Positions 8,437 through 18,413 of a DNA stretch of 31,159 nt are shown piece after piece. Position numbers and translations under genes: made by a program. The stretch is from Elainellaceae cyanobacterium (GTDB lineage Bacteria > Cyanobacteriota > Cyanobacteriia > CAZCXK01). Location: assembly GCA_051117555.1 (NCBI GenBank), contig JBNPEG010000189.1:1-31159 (forward strand), written 5' to 3'. Position 1 is the stretch's first letter, and each line of letters begins with the position of its first letter. The notes below the pieces were generated by a model. The model did no database searches and was not told the origin of the DNA. It saw only the letters and a program-made list of their open reading frames with translations.

Positions 8437-11400
8437 ATCACCTCAAACAGTATTTTTTACGGCGACGCAGTGCTCCTGAGGGTACGTATTCAGACTCTCA
8501 AGACGCTGTTATTCCAATTTCTCCAGCCTTTTTATCGACTCAGTTGACCGATCCTAATCCCGAGCCGCCTTCTCGTTCATCTCATGATGCCTCTGATCAT
8601 GATGCCTCTGAACTGGTCACGATGTCTCCATCCCCTACCGCAGAATTAGAGCTGCGTCAGGGGGAGGTGTTTGCGGCTCAACAAAACTGGGCTGAAGCGA
8701 TGCATCATTATCGGCGGGCAGTTGAGTTAGCACCTATGCTGGCGATCGCCCACCAAAAGCTAGCAGAAAGCCTCGAACAAACCGGGCAACTCAACGAAGC
8801 AGTTGTCCACTATCGACACGCCATTCAGCTCAATACTCGCCTCGAGTCTCATAACGGTAACGGAACGGGCATCATTCAATCCTCAGCGTCTGAACCGCTC
8901 TCAGTAGACGCCGAAGCGCAGATGAATCAAGCGGCTGAGTTATGTCAACAGCATCAATGGGACGAGGCGATCGCCCTCTGTGAAATCCTTTTCAACCACT
9001 ATCCTACGTCTGCGACAGTCCATAAAATTTGGGGGACTGCGCTTCAAGGAAATGGGGAAACTCAGCAGGCGATGGAGCGCTATCAGCAGGCCATTCAGCT
9101 TCAGCCCAACTATGCCGAAGTCTACGCAAATCTAGGTAACCTTCATGCTCAACAGCACCAGTGGGATGCTGCTATTCAATACTATCAGCGGGCGATCGCC
9201 CTCAAACCCAGTTTTGCAGGAGCCTATCGTAACCTTGCGAAAGTCTGGAGCAAACTCGAAAAACCCAGACTAGCAGCAGAATGCTGGTATCAAGCCCTCA
9301 CTCTAGAGCCTGACCACGCCTCGCCGGCTCAATATCTCACCGTGGGCAATGAACTCATGCAGCACGGGCAGCGTCAGCAAGCGATCGCCTGCTACCGGCG
9401 CGTGGTAGAACTGGATGAAACATTTCCAGGTGGATTTTTCAATCTAGCGGAAGCCCTCTCTCAGCAAGGGCTTTGGCAAGAGGCGGCGACCTGCTATCGC
9501 AAGGCAATGCGTCTGAATGGGGCGTATCAAAACGGGAAGCACGGTATGACACCTGCCTCCAATGGGGGAGCGTCCCTATCCGAATCTATGCCTGCCTCCC
9601 AATCTAAGGCAGACGCATCAGTACCCCCGGCTTCTACCCGCTACTCTCAACACATCCATCAATATGCCCAAGATCAACAGTGGGAGCAGGTGCTAGCCAT
9701 CGTCGGGCAGGGCTTGCAGTATCTCGAACCGGAGGTCGCAACGCTCTATCAACATCAGGGAAATGCCTTTCGTGCCCAAGGAAAGATTGATGCAGCTATT
9801 CAGTGCTACCGCAAACTGGCGACCCTCCAACCCGATTCGGCAGAAACCTTTGCTAACCTGGGCAGCCTCTATGCTCAGCAGCAGCAGTGGCAACGAGCGA
9901 TCGCTGCCTACCAACGGGCGATCGCCCTTCATCCTGATTTTGCAGGGGTGCATCGTAATTTAGCGCGCGTCTGGACACAAACGGGAAATGCAGAAGCCGC
10001 AGCGGAATCCTGGTATCGAGCCTTGTCTCTAGAACCCAATTGGGCAACCGCTGAGGAGCATTTTTCGTTAGGAAATACGTTAGTGGCACAAGGCAAGGCA
10101 GAGTGGGCAGTAACGTGCTATCGCCATGCCCTAGCCCAAAATCCTCAATTTACAGATGCCTATCACCAGCTTGCCACGCTTTTAGAACAGCACCATGATT
10201 TATCTGCGGCTGAAGCGTGCTATCAGGCTGCCATTCAACATAATTGTGAAAACACAGACTCGTACTTTCATCTAGGACGGATTTTATCAAGTCAGAAACA
10301 CCGTTGGAAGGATGCCGTGCGATGGTATCAGCAGGTTATTAGCTTAGATCCTCAACACCTGATGGCGCATTTGAACTTAGGACATCTACTAACCCGCCAA
10401 GGTGAATGGTATGCGGCTACGACGTGTTTGCAAACCGTGGCTGAACTCCAACCCGATCAGTGGGATGCCCACCATAATCTAGGCGATGTCCTGCTCAAGC
10501 AACAGCGGTGGGAGGAAGCAGTTCAAGCCTATCATCGCGCGATCGCCCTGAATCCAAACGTTTCGTGGTCATATAATAATTTGGGAGATGCGCTCCTTCA
10601 GCTTGAGAAATGGAGCGATGCTGCGACTGCATTTCAACAGGCGATCGCCCTTCATCCAGAATTTCACTGGAGCCATTACAATCTAGGCGAAGCGCTCGCC
10701 AAACTAAGCGATTGGGACGGGGCGATCGCCGCCTATCAGAAAGCAATTGAGCTTCACCCCGAGACGCCACTGGCTCGACGTAAACTAGCCGATGTCTTGC
10801 GGTTGAGGTGTCAGAGAGATTCTCAAGCCGCGCTGGATTACTATCGTCAAGCGGTGCAGGCTGATCCGTCTGACACCCAGAGCTATCATGGCGCCCTTGA
10901 TTTAGATCCGGACAATGCGAATCTCTATGTCGGACTTGCCCACTCGCTCAGGCAAAAACGCGATTTGGATGGTGCAATCGTTTTCTATCAGCTTGCCCAT
11001 CAGTTTAACCCGGATGATTCTAAAATCAGCAATTGGATTGATGAAGTACGAGCAGAGCAGACCGGCTCTGTCAGCTCTGCCTCGTCCCACAATGTCAAAA
11101 AAGAGGGTAAGTCTCGATCGTCTGCGCTTCTGAGTTTGATTCATACCGGCCCTCAAACATCCAAGCTCGCTCAGGCTGATTTGAAGCAAGCTGATGACTA
11201 TATCGCGTTTGGTAAAACTCTACATCGGCAAGGACAAATTCAGGAGGCAATGCAGGTCTATCATCAGGGAGTTGAGACCTTTCCTGACTCGCCTGGCCTT
11301 CTCCACCACCTGGGTGCCGCGTATGCAGATCTTCAGCACTGGAAACAGGCGATCGCGCTGTATCGCAAGACGATAGAGATCACAAATACGTCTCCCGTCG

Positions 11401-14400
11401 TCCATCATCACCTCGGCAAAGCATTGGCAAAACTGAACGATTGGGACGGCGCAATTCGTGCCTATGAGCGGGCGATCGCCATTAATCCTCATCATGCCAA
11501 CTACTATTGCAATCTGGGTTTTGCCTGGATGAAAAAGGGAGACTGTGATCAGGCGATTTCTGCCTTCAGAAAAGCAGTCGAACTTCGTCCTCAGCATTAT
11601 TCACTTGCCTATCGTCCTCTCCAGCAACTTCTCGCTCAAAAAGCTCAGCTTGAAGCCGAACAAATCCGCAACCAAACCCTAACCTTCAGCCAAACTGACT
11701 TTGAGGGATGCTTAGATGGAGTCACGAAGCACGGAGCATTTGGATGGGCACGGCACAAGACTGATGCCAACAAAGTTGTGTTCGTGGATATCTTTGTGGG
11801 CAACAACCTGATTGGCACATTCCCTGCAAACAAGTTTCGCCAAGATCTAGCAGATGCATTCCAAACTCACGGATGTCATAAGTTTGAGGCAAAGCTGCCC
11901 CCATCTCTAACCAGTGATGGCCCGGTCGAAGTCAGTGTCAAAATTAGTGAAAACGGTCAATCTCTCAAAAAGTCACCTGCCACCGTTATTCTAGGGACAC
12001 GGGGGAAAAAGCATTCTATAGAGAGCAGTAATCTGATTGCAGCCAATCAACTCGTTTACCGAAAACCTCGTCTCCCCTCACGCCCGCCTCAATTAGAAAA
12101 TCCGCTCGTTGCGATTATCATCTTGAACTTAAACGGTGCCAACCTGCTCAAGGAACTGTTTAATTCATTTGTGATCTACAACTCGTATGAGCATATCGAA
12201 TTTATTGTGATTGACCACGGGTCAACAGATGACAGTGTTTCGGTGTGCAACCAGTGGGCTGAAACATTACCCATCACTGCGATCGCGCGGGGCAAAAACT
12301 ATTCGTTTTCTGCCTCTAACAACTATGCAGCCAGTCAAACGGATGCGCCTCTGCTGCTGTTTATGAATAATGACCTCACCCTCTGCCAAGACATTATTCC
12401 TGAACTGGTCGAACTCACCCACGATAGAAATGTGGGCATCATTGGTGCCAAGCTATTTGATATTGTTTCAGAGCGTTCCCTTGCCCACCCTCCGATCCAG
12501 CATCTAGGCGTCCAGTTTGACTTCTACTCGCAGAACGAACCGTGGTATCCGTTTGAAGTGCGATATGCGCCGCAGATGCTGGCCTTACAGTCTATGTCAT
12601 GGCGAGTGCCGGTTGTCACGGGAGCACTCATGATGTGTCGTCATGACGATTTTCGAGCAATAGGCGGCTTTAATGAAGCCTATTTCTATGGCTACGAAGA
12701 TGTGGATTTGTGTCTATCCTTTCAGCGGGTATTGGGTAAAGACATTATTTCTGCGAACTACCTGAGCGCGTTCCATCATCGAGGCTATTCTCGCTTTAGT
12801 GGAAAGCTGTCTGATGCCTTCATGAAGCGAGTCCTCAACAATCGTAATGTGATCGAGCAGCGCTATGGCTATTATGTTCGTCGTCAGCATTTGAGTGATT
12901 TCTTTGAAAAAGGAATGTATTGGACGTCTCACCCGCTCAGAGTCGGATTTGTCGTCACTGATGCAAGTTTATCTACCGCGGCAGGTGACTACTTCACCGC
13001 AGCAGAGCTGGGAGAACAACTGGTTCGAGAATTTGGTTGGGAAGTCTTTTATTTGTCAGAAGGGGAGGAATGGTATGACCTGACGGGGTTAGATGTAGTA
13101 GTTGTGATGCGTCACGAATATGATGTGCGACTGATTGAAAATGCCAAGCCAGGTCTAGTTAAAGTTGCATGGGCACGGAATTGGTTTGAAATCTGGGGAA
13201 CTAGCGCATCCGCGAGCCACTATGATTGCTTTTGGAGTTCGTCACGACGCGGTGTTGAATACCTGGAAAACCAAGTCTCTCAGCCTGTGTTACTTCTACC
13301 GATCGCCACTCAGAGCGATCGCTTCTCCAATGCTCAACCTCGTGATGCCTATCAGTCAGACTACTGCTTTACGGGCAGCTTTTGGAATTCGCCTCGCGAA
13401 ATCATGGATCTCTTGAACCCTGAGAATCTTCCGTTTGACTTCGCTCTCTACGGCTACAACTGGGAAAAGGTGAACAAATTTAAGCCCTACTATCGGGGCG
13501 CGTTGCCCTATTCAGAACTGCCCAGCGTCTATGCCTCAACCCAGATCGTCGTGGATGATGCCAATCTCGTCACCAAAGATTGGGGGTCAGTGAATTCTCG
13601 CGTCTTTGATGCGATCGCCACGGGGGCACTCGTGATTACTAATGGCAAGCTCGGCAGCGATGAAATATTTGAAGGACTGCTACCCACCTACGACTCTCAA
13701 GAATCATTAGAACAGGTGCTAAATGAGTATTTGACGGATGACGCCAAGCGACAGGAGCGAGTGGCAAAACTACAGCAGATCGTTCTCGAACACCATACCT
13801 ATCGCCATCGGGCTCATACCGTGTTTGCGGCATTGAAGCATAAAATGAGTCAAACATTCCGATTTAGCATCAAAATTGGCGTGCCCCGGTGGGAGGTTGC
13901 CGACGAATGGGGAGACTATCATTTTGCGCGTGCTCTCAAGCGGGCATTAGAGCGTCACGGGCATTCCGTGCGAATCGATATTTTACCGGAATGGGAGACA
14001 TCCCAATCCTATGGTGACGATATCGCAATTACTCTCCGGGGGCTAAGCCGCTATCAGCCCAAGCCCTATCACATTAACATCATGTGGAATATTAGCCATC
14101 CCGATAAGGTGGCTTTGGACGAATATGAGCAGTTTGACCATGTGTTTGTAGCATCCGATCAGTATGCGATAGATCTCCAGAAAAAAGTATCTGTGCCCGT
14201 GCAGTCACTCTTGCAGTGCACCGATCCGTCTGTGTTCTATCCCGATTTTGAGGCGGCTGATGTGGATGGATCTGGCGCGGACGGAACAGTTCTATTCGTC
14301 GGCAATTCTCGCAAAGTATATCGAAAAATCGTTCGGGATGCTGTTGAGTCTGGGTTGGAGATGCAGGTGTATGGCACAAACTGGGAGGAATTTTTACCGC

Positions 14401-14801
14401 CCCATTATCTGAAAGGACAGTATATTCCCAATCAACAGTTGCGGCGATATTACACCAACTGCGGCGTCTTGCTCAACGATCATTGGGATACCATGCGTCA
14501 AATGGGATTTCTTTCGAATCGGCTGTTTGATGCGGCGGCGTGTGGAGCCGTTATTGTGTCTGACTCAATTCCCGGTTTAGATGCCGTATTTGGCACCCAT
14601 GTGATCACCTATCAGGAGGCTCAAGAACTACCCGAACGGGTGCAAGCGGGGTTAAATCAACGTGAACAAACACGGGGCGATCGCCTTGCATTTGCTGAGC
14701 ATATCCGCAGATATCACAGTTTTGACCAGCGAGCGCGTGACATATTGGGCGTTATCCAATCACTCCACGAGGAGAAGATGAATCATGCATCTCTTGTCTA
14801 G
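8430..14801 (+). CDS. 2123-aa multidomain glycosyltransferase: ~20+ TPRs, beta-rich linker domain, GT2 domain, two tandem CgeB/Glyco_trans_1_2-like GT-B modules
   Basis: TPRs run to about aa 1075. GT2 motifs are IIILNLNG, IDHGSTDDS, FMNND and GYEDVDLC. Module 1 spans AGDYFTAAELG...NSRVFDAIATG and module 2 spans WGDYHFARALK...SNRLFDAAACG. The start overlaps the upstream stop by 7 nt. Confidence 0.9.
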   Translation: MLNHLKQYFLRRRSAPEGTYSDSQDAVIPISPAFLSTQLTDPNPEPPSRSSHDASDHDASELVTMSPSPTAELELRQGEVFAAQQNWAEAMHHYRRAVELAPMLAIAHQKLAESLEQTGQLNEAVVHYRHAIQLNTRLESHNGNGTGIIQSSASEPLSVDAEAQMNQAAELCQQHQWDEAIALCEILFNHYPTSATVHKIWGTALQGNGETQQAMERYQQAIQLQPNYAEVYANLGNLHAQQHQWDAAIQYYQRAIALKPSFAGAYRNLAKVWSKLEKPRLAAECWYQALTLEPDHASPAQYLTVGNELMQHGQRQQAIACYRRVVELDETFPGGFFNLAEALSQQGLWQEAATCYRKAMRLNGAYQNGKHGMTPASNGGASLSESMPASQSKADASVPPASTRYSQHIHQYAQDQQWEQVLAIVGQGLQYLEPEVATLYQHQGNAFRAQGKIDAAIQCYRKLATLQPDSAETFANLGSLYAQQQQWQRAIAAYQRAIALHPDFAGVHRNLARVWTQTGNAEAAAESWYRALSLEPNWATAEEHFSLGNTLVAQGKAEWAVTCYRHALAQNPQFTDAYHQLATLLEQHHDLSAAEACYQAAIQHNCENTDSYFHLGRILSSQKHRWKDAVRWYQQVISLDPQHLMAHLNLGHLLTRQGEWYAATTCLQTVAELQPDQWDAHHNLGDVLLKQQRWEEAVQAYHRAIALNPNVSWSYNNLGDALLQLEKWSDAATAFQQAIALHPEFHWSHYNLGEALAKLSDWDGAIAAYQKAIELHPETPLARRKLADVLRLRCQRDSQAALDYYRQAVQADPSDTQSYHGALDLDPDNANLYVGLAHSLRQKRDLDGAIVFYQLAHQFNPDDSKISNWIDEVRAEQTGSVSSASSHNVKKEGKSRSSALLSLIHTGPQTSKLAQADLKQADDYIAFGKTLHRQGQIQEAMQVYHQGVETFPDSPGLLHHLGAAYADLQHWKQAIALYRKTIEITNTSPVVHHHLGKALAKLNDWDGAIRAYERAIAINPHHANYYCNLGFAWMKKGDCDQAISAFRKAVELRPQHYSLAYRPLQQLLAQKAQLEAEQIRNQTLTFSQTDFEGCLDGVTKHGAFGWARHKTDANKVVFVDIFVGNNLIGTFPANKFRQDLADAFQTHGCHKFEAKLPPSLTSDGPVEVSVKISENGQSLKKSPATVILGTRGKKHSIESSNLIAANQLVYRKPRLPSRPPQLENPLVAIIILNLNGANLLKELFNSFVIYNSYEHIEFIVIDHGSTDDSVSVCNQWAETLPITAIARGKNYSFSASNNYAASQTDAPLLLFMNNDLTLCQDIIPELVELTHDRNVGIIGAKLFDIVSERSLAHPPIQHLGVQFDFYSQNEPWYPFEVRYAPQMLALQSMSWRVPVVTGALMMCRHDDFRAIGGFNEAYFYGYEDVDLCLSFQRVLGKDIISANYLSAFHHRGYSRFSGKLSDAFMKRVLNNRNVIEQRYGYYVRRQHLSDFFEKGMYWTSHPLRVGFVVTDASLSTAAGDYFTAAELGEQLVREFGWEVFYLSEGEEWYDLTGLDVVVVMRHEYDVRLIENAKPGLVKVAWARNWFEIWGTSASASHYDCFWSSSRRGVEYLENQVSQPVLLLPIATQSDRFSNAQPRDAYQSDYCFTGSFWNSPREIMDLLNPENLPFDFALYGYNWEKVNKFKPYYRGALPYSELPSVYASTQIVVDDANLVTKDWGSVNSRVFDAIATGALVITNGKLGSDEIFEGLLPTYDSQESLEQVLNEYLTDDAKRQERVAKLQQIVLEHHTYRHRAHTVFAALKHKMSQTFRFSIKIGVPRWEVADEWGDYHFARALKRALERHGHSVRIDILPEWETSQSYGDDIAITLRGLSRYQPKPYHINIMWNISHPDKVALDEYEQFDHVFVASDQYAIDLQKKVSVPVQSLLQCTDPSVFYPDFEAADVDGSGADGTVLFVGNSRKVYRKIVRDAVESGLEMQVYGTNWEEFLPPHYLKGQYIPNQQLRRYYTNCGVLLNDHWDTMRQMGFLSNRLFDAAACGAVIVSDSIPGLDAVFGTHVITYQEAQELPERVQAGLNQREQTRGDRLAFAEHIRRYHSFDQRARDILGVIQSLHEEKMNHASLV

Positions 14802-14839
14802 ACGTTGTCTAGAAAAATTGGGTAGGCATCACCGAATTC

Positions 14840-14869
14840 TTCATCCTTCATCTCTCATCCTTCATCCTT
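14840..14869. repeat. STRR-like heptamer array (TTCATCC)x4
   Basis: TTCATCC TTCATCT CTCATCC TTCATCC TT, intergenic, just upstream of ATG 14880. Confidence 0.8.
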
Positions 14870-14879
14870 GTCTGACGGT

Positions 14880-15545
14880 ATGCATCCAGAATTGTCTCCT
14901 TCGACGAGTTCTACGCCTGTTCCTGAGATTAAAAAAGTCCAGGTTGGATGTGGACCTCACAACATTCTGCCGGGATGGTGGAACGTTGATATCCGCTCCT
15001 TTCCAGGTATTGATCACGTCATGGATGTTACCCAACCGTGGTCATTTCACGACCTCGATTACGTGTATGGAGAGCACTTTTTAGAACACCTAAATGTAGC
15101 CGGAGCGATCGCCTTTCTGAATCACGCGTGGCACAGTCTACGATCCGGTGGTGTTTTACGACTGTCAACGCCATCATTAGAATGGGTACTTTCAACCCAC
15201 TTTTCGTTAACTGAAGCGAATCCAGATCGGCGTATTTCATCGACGTTTCAGATTAACCGAGCCTTTCACGGCTGGGGACACCAATTTTTATATTCCAAAG
15301 AGCTTTTAACGTCACTGCTCGACCACGTGGGCTATCATGCCATCACCTACTGTGAGTATGGCTCCAGCGCCCATTCAGCACTGAGCGGGCTAGAACGGCA
15401 CGGGGGGTATAGTAGCGCCAACGGCTATCCGAGCGTTTGGATTGTGGAAGCCAGTAAACGGGGCGATCGCTCAGACGCGAAATTTGCCACCTATCAACGA
15501 TTTGTGAACGAAAACTTTTTGAAATACCTTGAAGCAGGGCATTGA
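14880..15545 (+). CDS. Class I SAM-dependent methyltransferase of the type found in polysaccharide loci
   Basis: VQVGCG..GWWNVD, EHFLEHL, LRSGGVLRLSTP, WGHQFLY. ATG 14880 is preferred over TTG 14868. Confidence 0.85.
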   Translation: MHPELSPSTSSTPVPEIKKVQVGCGPHNILPGWWNVDIRSFPGIDHVMDVTQPWSFHDLDYVYGEHFLEHLNVAGAIAFLNHAWHSLRSGGVLRLSTPSLEWVLSTHFSLTEANPDRRISSTFQINRAFHGWGHQFLYSKELLTSLLDHVGYHAITYCEYGSSAHSALSGLERHGGYSSANGYPSVWIVEASKRGDRSDAKFATYQRFVNENFLKYLEAGH

Positions 15546-15562
15546 CTAATCACGAGAACTAA

Positions 15563-16312
15563 TCAGGAAAACACCACAAAATCTTGATAGAGGGCACTAT
15601 TGGTTTGTTGCTGATCGCACCAATATCCATAGTCAATGTGCTGAACCGTCATGCCGTTTTTGTGTAACATCTCTGTCACCCACTGCTCTTCAAAGGCGAT
15701 CGCATGAAGGGGATCATCCGCATTATGGTAGCGAGTATATGGGTTCAACGTAAACGGCAGCGATAATTTACTTTTATTCTCATCAATCAGCACACGCCGT
15801 TGATCGGTGATCAAGAAAAATGTTGCACACACTCGACCGTCCGGAAGCAACAGGGTTGGAAAGCAACTCACATAATTTTCAATTTCATTTGGAAGCATAT
15901 GAGTAAAAACGCTCGTTAGCACAATCAAATCACTGCGAGTCATGTAGGTGTCTAATTTGATGTCGTGTGCCTTAACTGAGCCCGCAGGATTGTAGCGAGA
16001 ATTATAGATATCAAGATATCCAAAATTTACGTGATCGGTGCTGAGATTAGCTTGACACCAGGTTATATGTCTTTTGAGGATATCGAATCCGTGATACTGC
16101 CCCTTAAAGCCTCCTCGAAGCAGAGCATGCGCCAAACGACCATACCCACTACCAATATCAATAATTGATGTATCCTGGCGGAGTCCTGCAATGGCCTTTA
16201 GCTTCGCAACTAACCCATCACCAATCGTGATAAACGCTGCATCATTTTCCTGCATGAACCGGAGATCTTGGGGCGGCAGAGGGAGTGGTTTCATGGCATT
16301 AATCTGATTCAT
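15563..16312 (-). CDS. Class I SAM-dependent methyltransferase
   Basis: IIDIGSGYGRLA (motif I), YHGFDI, DIYNSRYNP, SVFTHM, LLPDGRVCATFF. The start overlaps the GT2 stop (TAATG). Confidence 0.88.
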   Translation of the reverse strand: MNQINAMKPLPLPPQDLRFMQENDAAFITIGDGLVAKLKAIAGLRQDTSIIDIGSGYGRLAHALLRGGFKGQYHGFDILKRHITWCQANLSTDHVNFGYLDIYNSRYNPAGSVKAHDIKLDTYMTRSDLIVLTSVFTHMLPNEIENYVSCFPTLLLPDGRVCATFFLITDQRRVLIDENKSKLSLPFTLNPYTRYHNADDPLHAIAFEEQWVTEMLHKNGMTVQHIDYGYWCDQQQTNSALYQDFVVFS

Positions 16313-17298
16313 TAGTAACGTTGAATCGTTCCGGCAATGATCTCATGGATAAGATGTTGCCACGGGTCTGACTGGCTCAACTGATATGAATTAAAGGTGG
16401 AACCATATTCTGCGCAATATCGCTTAAATTGTTGAACCCAGTGGTGAATGATCGCCGTAGATGCCCCATTAGCGTATTTAAGCGATTGTCTTAACGCGTC
16501 AGCCGTTGCTGTGAAATTGTCACTATCATAAAGCCGCCACGCGCTCCACACCAAGCTTTGATACCGGGATTGATGTTCGAGTGCCTGCACCTGACTGGGC
16601 AAATCAGAACGAGAGAAAAAATCTGATAACACGATGTCTAATTCATTCACCTGTTGATTCACATGCCGGGACGCATTGCGCTCATGCTGACGATATATCA
16701 CCGTCGATTGACGCACCCAGTCAGCCTGACACCCTGCGATCGCCAGCCGCAGCGCCAAGTCCACATCTGGCACATAGCGAAACTGTTCTCTAAACCCGTC
16801 CACCCGGTCGAACCACTCGCGTCGAAACAGCATGGCTCCTAAGAAGACAGGCTTCCACACAATCCAAGCCGCCTGATCAAGCGTTGGAATCCCTAGCCAG
16901 GGCTGCACCGCAGACAGCACATGCCCGTGCTCATCAGCAATTTGCCAGCCGCTATTCACCCATCCTAGTTGGGGCTGTGTTTCTAGACAGTTAACTTGAG
17001 CCTCCAATTTTTCAGGATGATAGCAATCATCTTGATCTAAGAAGGCAATCAAATCCCCCTGAGCCGCTTTCAACCCTTGATTACGAGCCGCTGCAACCCC
17101 TTGATTGAGCTGCCAGATATAGCGCAGGCGATCGCCATAGGACTGCACAATTTGCCCAGAGCGATCGCTCGACCCATCATCTATGACAATCAGTTCGACA
17201 TGGGGATAGGTTTGTCGTAAAACACTCTCGATAGCGTCAGCAATAAAGCGATCGCCATTGAAGACTGGAATAATGACGCTGACTAACGGATGCATCAT
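16312..17298 (-). CDS. Glycosyltransferase family 2
   Basis: VSVIIPVFN, IDDGSSD, NQGVAAARNQG, FLDQDD. Confidence 0.92.
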   Translation of the reverse strand: MMHPLVSVIIPVFNGDRFIADAIESVLRQTYPHVELIVIDDGSSDRSGQIVQSYGDRLRYIWQLNQGVAAARNQGLKAAQGDLIAFLDQDDCYHPEKLEAQVNCLETQPQLGWVNSGWQIADEHGHVLSAVQPWLGIPTLDQAAWIVWKPVFLGAMLFRREWFDRVDGFREQFRYVPDVDLALRLAIAGCQADWVRQSTVIYRQHERNASRHVNQQVNELDIVLSDFFSRSDLPSQVQALEHQSRYQSLVWSAWRLYDSDNFTATADALRQSLKYANGASTAIIHHWVQQFKRYCAEYGSTFNSYQLSQSDPWQHLIHEIIAGTIQRY

Positions 17299-18299
17299 GA
17301 GGCAGCCATCTCAGCCATACACCAGGCCATCAGATCACGCCATTCGGGTAAGCCACATACCGCATCCATATTCAGCTCGTCTCCCCAACTCTTTGAAAAA
17401 GCCGCAAAACTTTCTGCCCAACTGATGAGCGTATCAATCGACGGGTAGGGGCTTTGATGCCAGGATTGTTTCAAATAGGTTACCATTTCACCGAAGTGCC
17501 CCGTGTAGTAAAGATACCAGGCAATCCACACCCATGTCGAATAGCGAACGTGAGGTTCGATGCGGCGGATAGAGTCAGGTAGCTCAGACCGGGCAAAAAA
17601 CTGATGAATGACCGCAGTGAGCGATCGCGCTTGGGGAAGCCCTTTATGCATTGCGCTAAAGTCATGCTGACGATAGCAGGTGGTGATTTGGGGCAACCAC
17701 TGAGCCTTGCAGCCCATCAGCGCGAGTCGGAGGACTAAATCGGTGTCTTCAGCAGGCGGAAACCGAGGATCGAAGCCATCAGCCTGTATCAGCCACGGTC
17801 GACGAAACATCATGGCGCTCGGCAACACGGGCTTCCATTGCAGCCACGCTTCTAGATCAAGGGTCGGAATCGTCTGCCACGGCTCGACATCCATGATCAT
17901 GTGCCCTCCAGCATTGACTCGGTGCCACCCGCTATGAACAATGCCAAGCTCTGGCTGAGCATCAAATACTTCAATCTGAGCCGCTAGCTTATGGGGTAAA
18001 AACCAATCGTCTGCATCAAGAAACGCAACGAATTCACCCTGCGCCAGTTGCAGCCCATGATTGCGAGCCACGGCAACCCCTTGATTCTCTTGATAGAGGT
18101 AGCGAATGCGATCGCCATAGGGCTGTAACACCGACTGGGTATGATCGGTGGAGCCATCATCGATCACGATCACTTCGAATGCAACATCGGTTTGATTGAG
18201 AACGCTTGCGACGGCTTGTGCTATGTAGCGATCGCAATTATAGGTCGGAATAATAACGCTGACTCTGGGCGGGATTGATCCCAATCGATTTAGACTCAT
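17295..18299 (-). CDS. Glycosyltransferase family 2 (paralog of the downstream GT2)
   Basis: VSVIIPTYN, IDDGSTD, FLDADD, AEDTDL. The start is placed at ATG 18299 because the longer ORF start (18410) lies inside a dispersed repeat. ATGA overlap with the next gene. Confidence 0.9.
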   Translation of the reverse strand: MSLNRLGSIPPRVSVIIPTYNCDRYIAQAVASVLNQTDVAFEVIVIDDGSTDHTQSVLQPYGDRIRYLYQENQGVAVARNHGLQLAQGEFVAFLDADDWFLPHKLAAQIEVFDAQPELGIVHSGWHRVNAGGHMIMDVEPWQTIPTLDLEAWLQWKPVLPSAMMFRRPWLIQADGFDPRFPPAEDTDLVLRLALMGCKAQWLPQITTCYRQHDFSAMHKGLPQARSLTAVIHQFFARSELPDSIRRIEPHVRYSTWVWIAWYLYYTGHFGEMVTYLKQSWHQSPYPSIDTLISWAESFAAFSKSWGDELNMDAVCGLPEWRDLMAWCMAEMAAS

Positions 18300-18349
18300 A
18301 TAGCAAGTGACGTATATATCAAAATAACTCTCATGGCCAAGGCAACGCA

Positions 18350-18413
18350 GCCATAATGGTGCGTTACGCTGGCGCTTTAGCGTAGCCATGCCTGAAAGGC
18401 TATACAGCACCCT
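18350..18413 (-). repeat. 64-bp dispersed REP-like element, copy 1
   Basis: Reverse complement of 28195..28258 with 63/64 identity. Nested palindromes GGTGC/GCACC, TACGCT/AGCGTA and GCCTGAAAGGC. Confidence 0.9.

Noticed and set aside
8582..8611. 15-bp duplication (HDASD/HDASE) in the N-terminus of the giant GT
   Set aside because: An ordinary in-frame slippage event in a low-complexity leader.
3559..14379. Numerous short ORFs overlapping the RTX and TPR-GT genes (likewise within the kinase, GT2 and SSS genes)
   Set aside because: Antisense or alternate-frame shadows of well-supported long CDSs, with no recognisable motifs.
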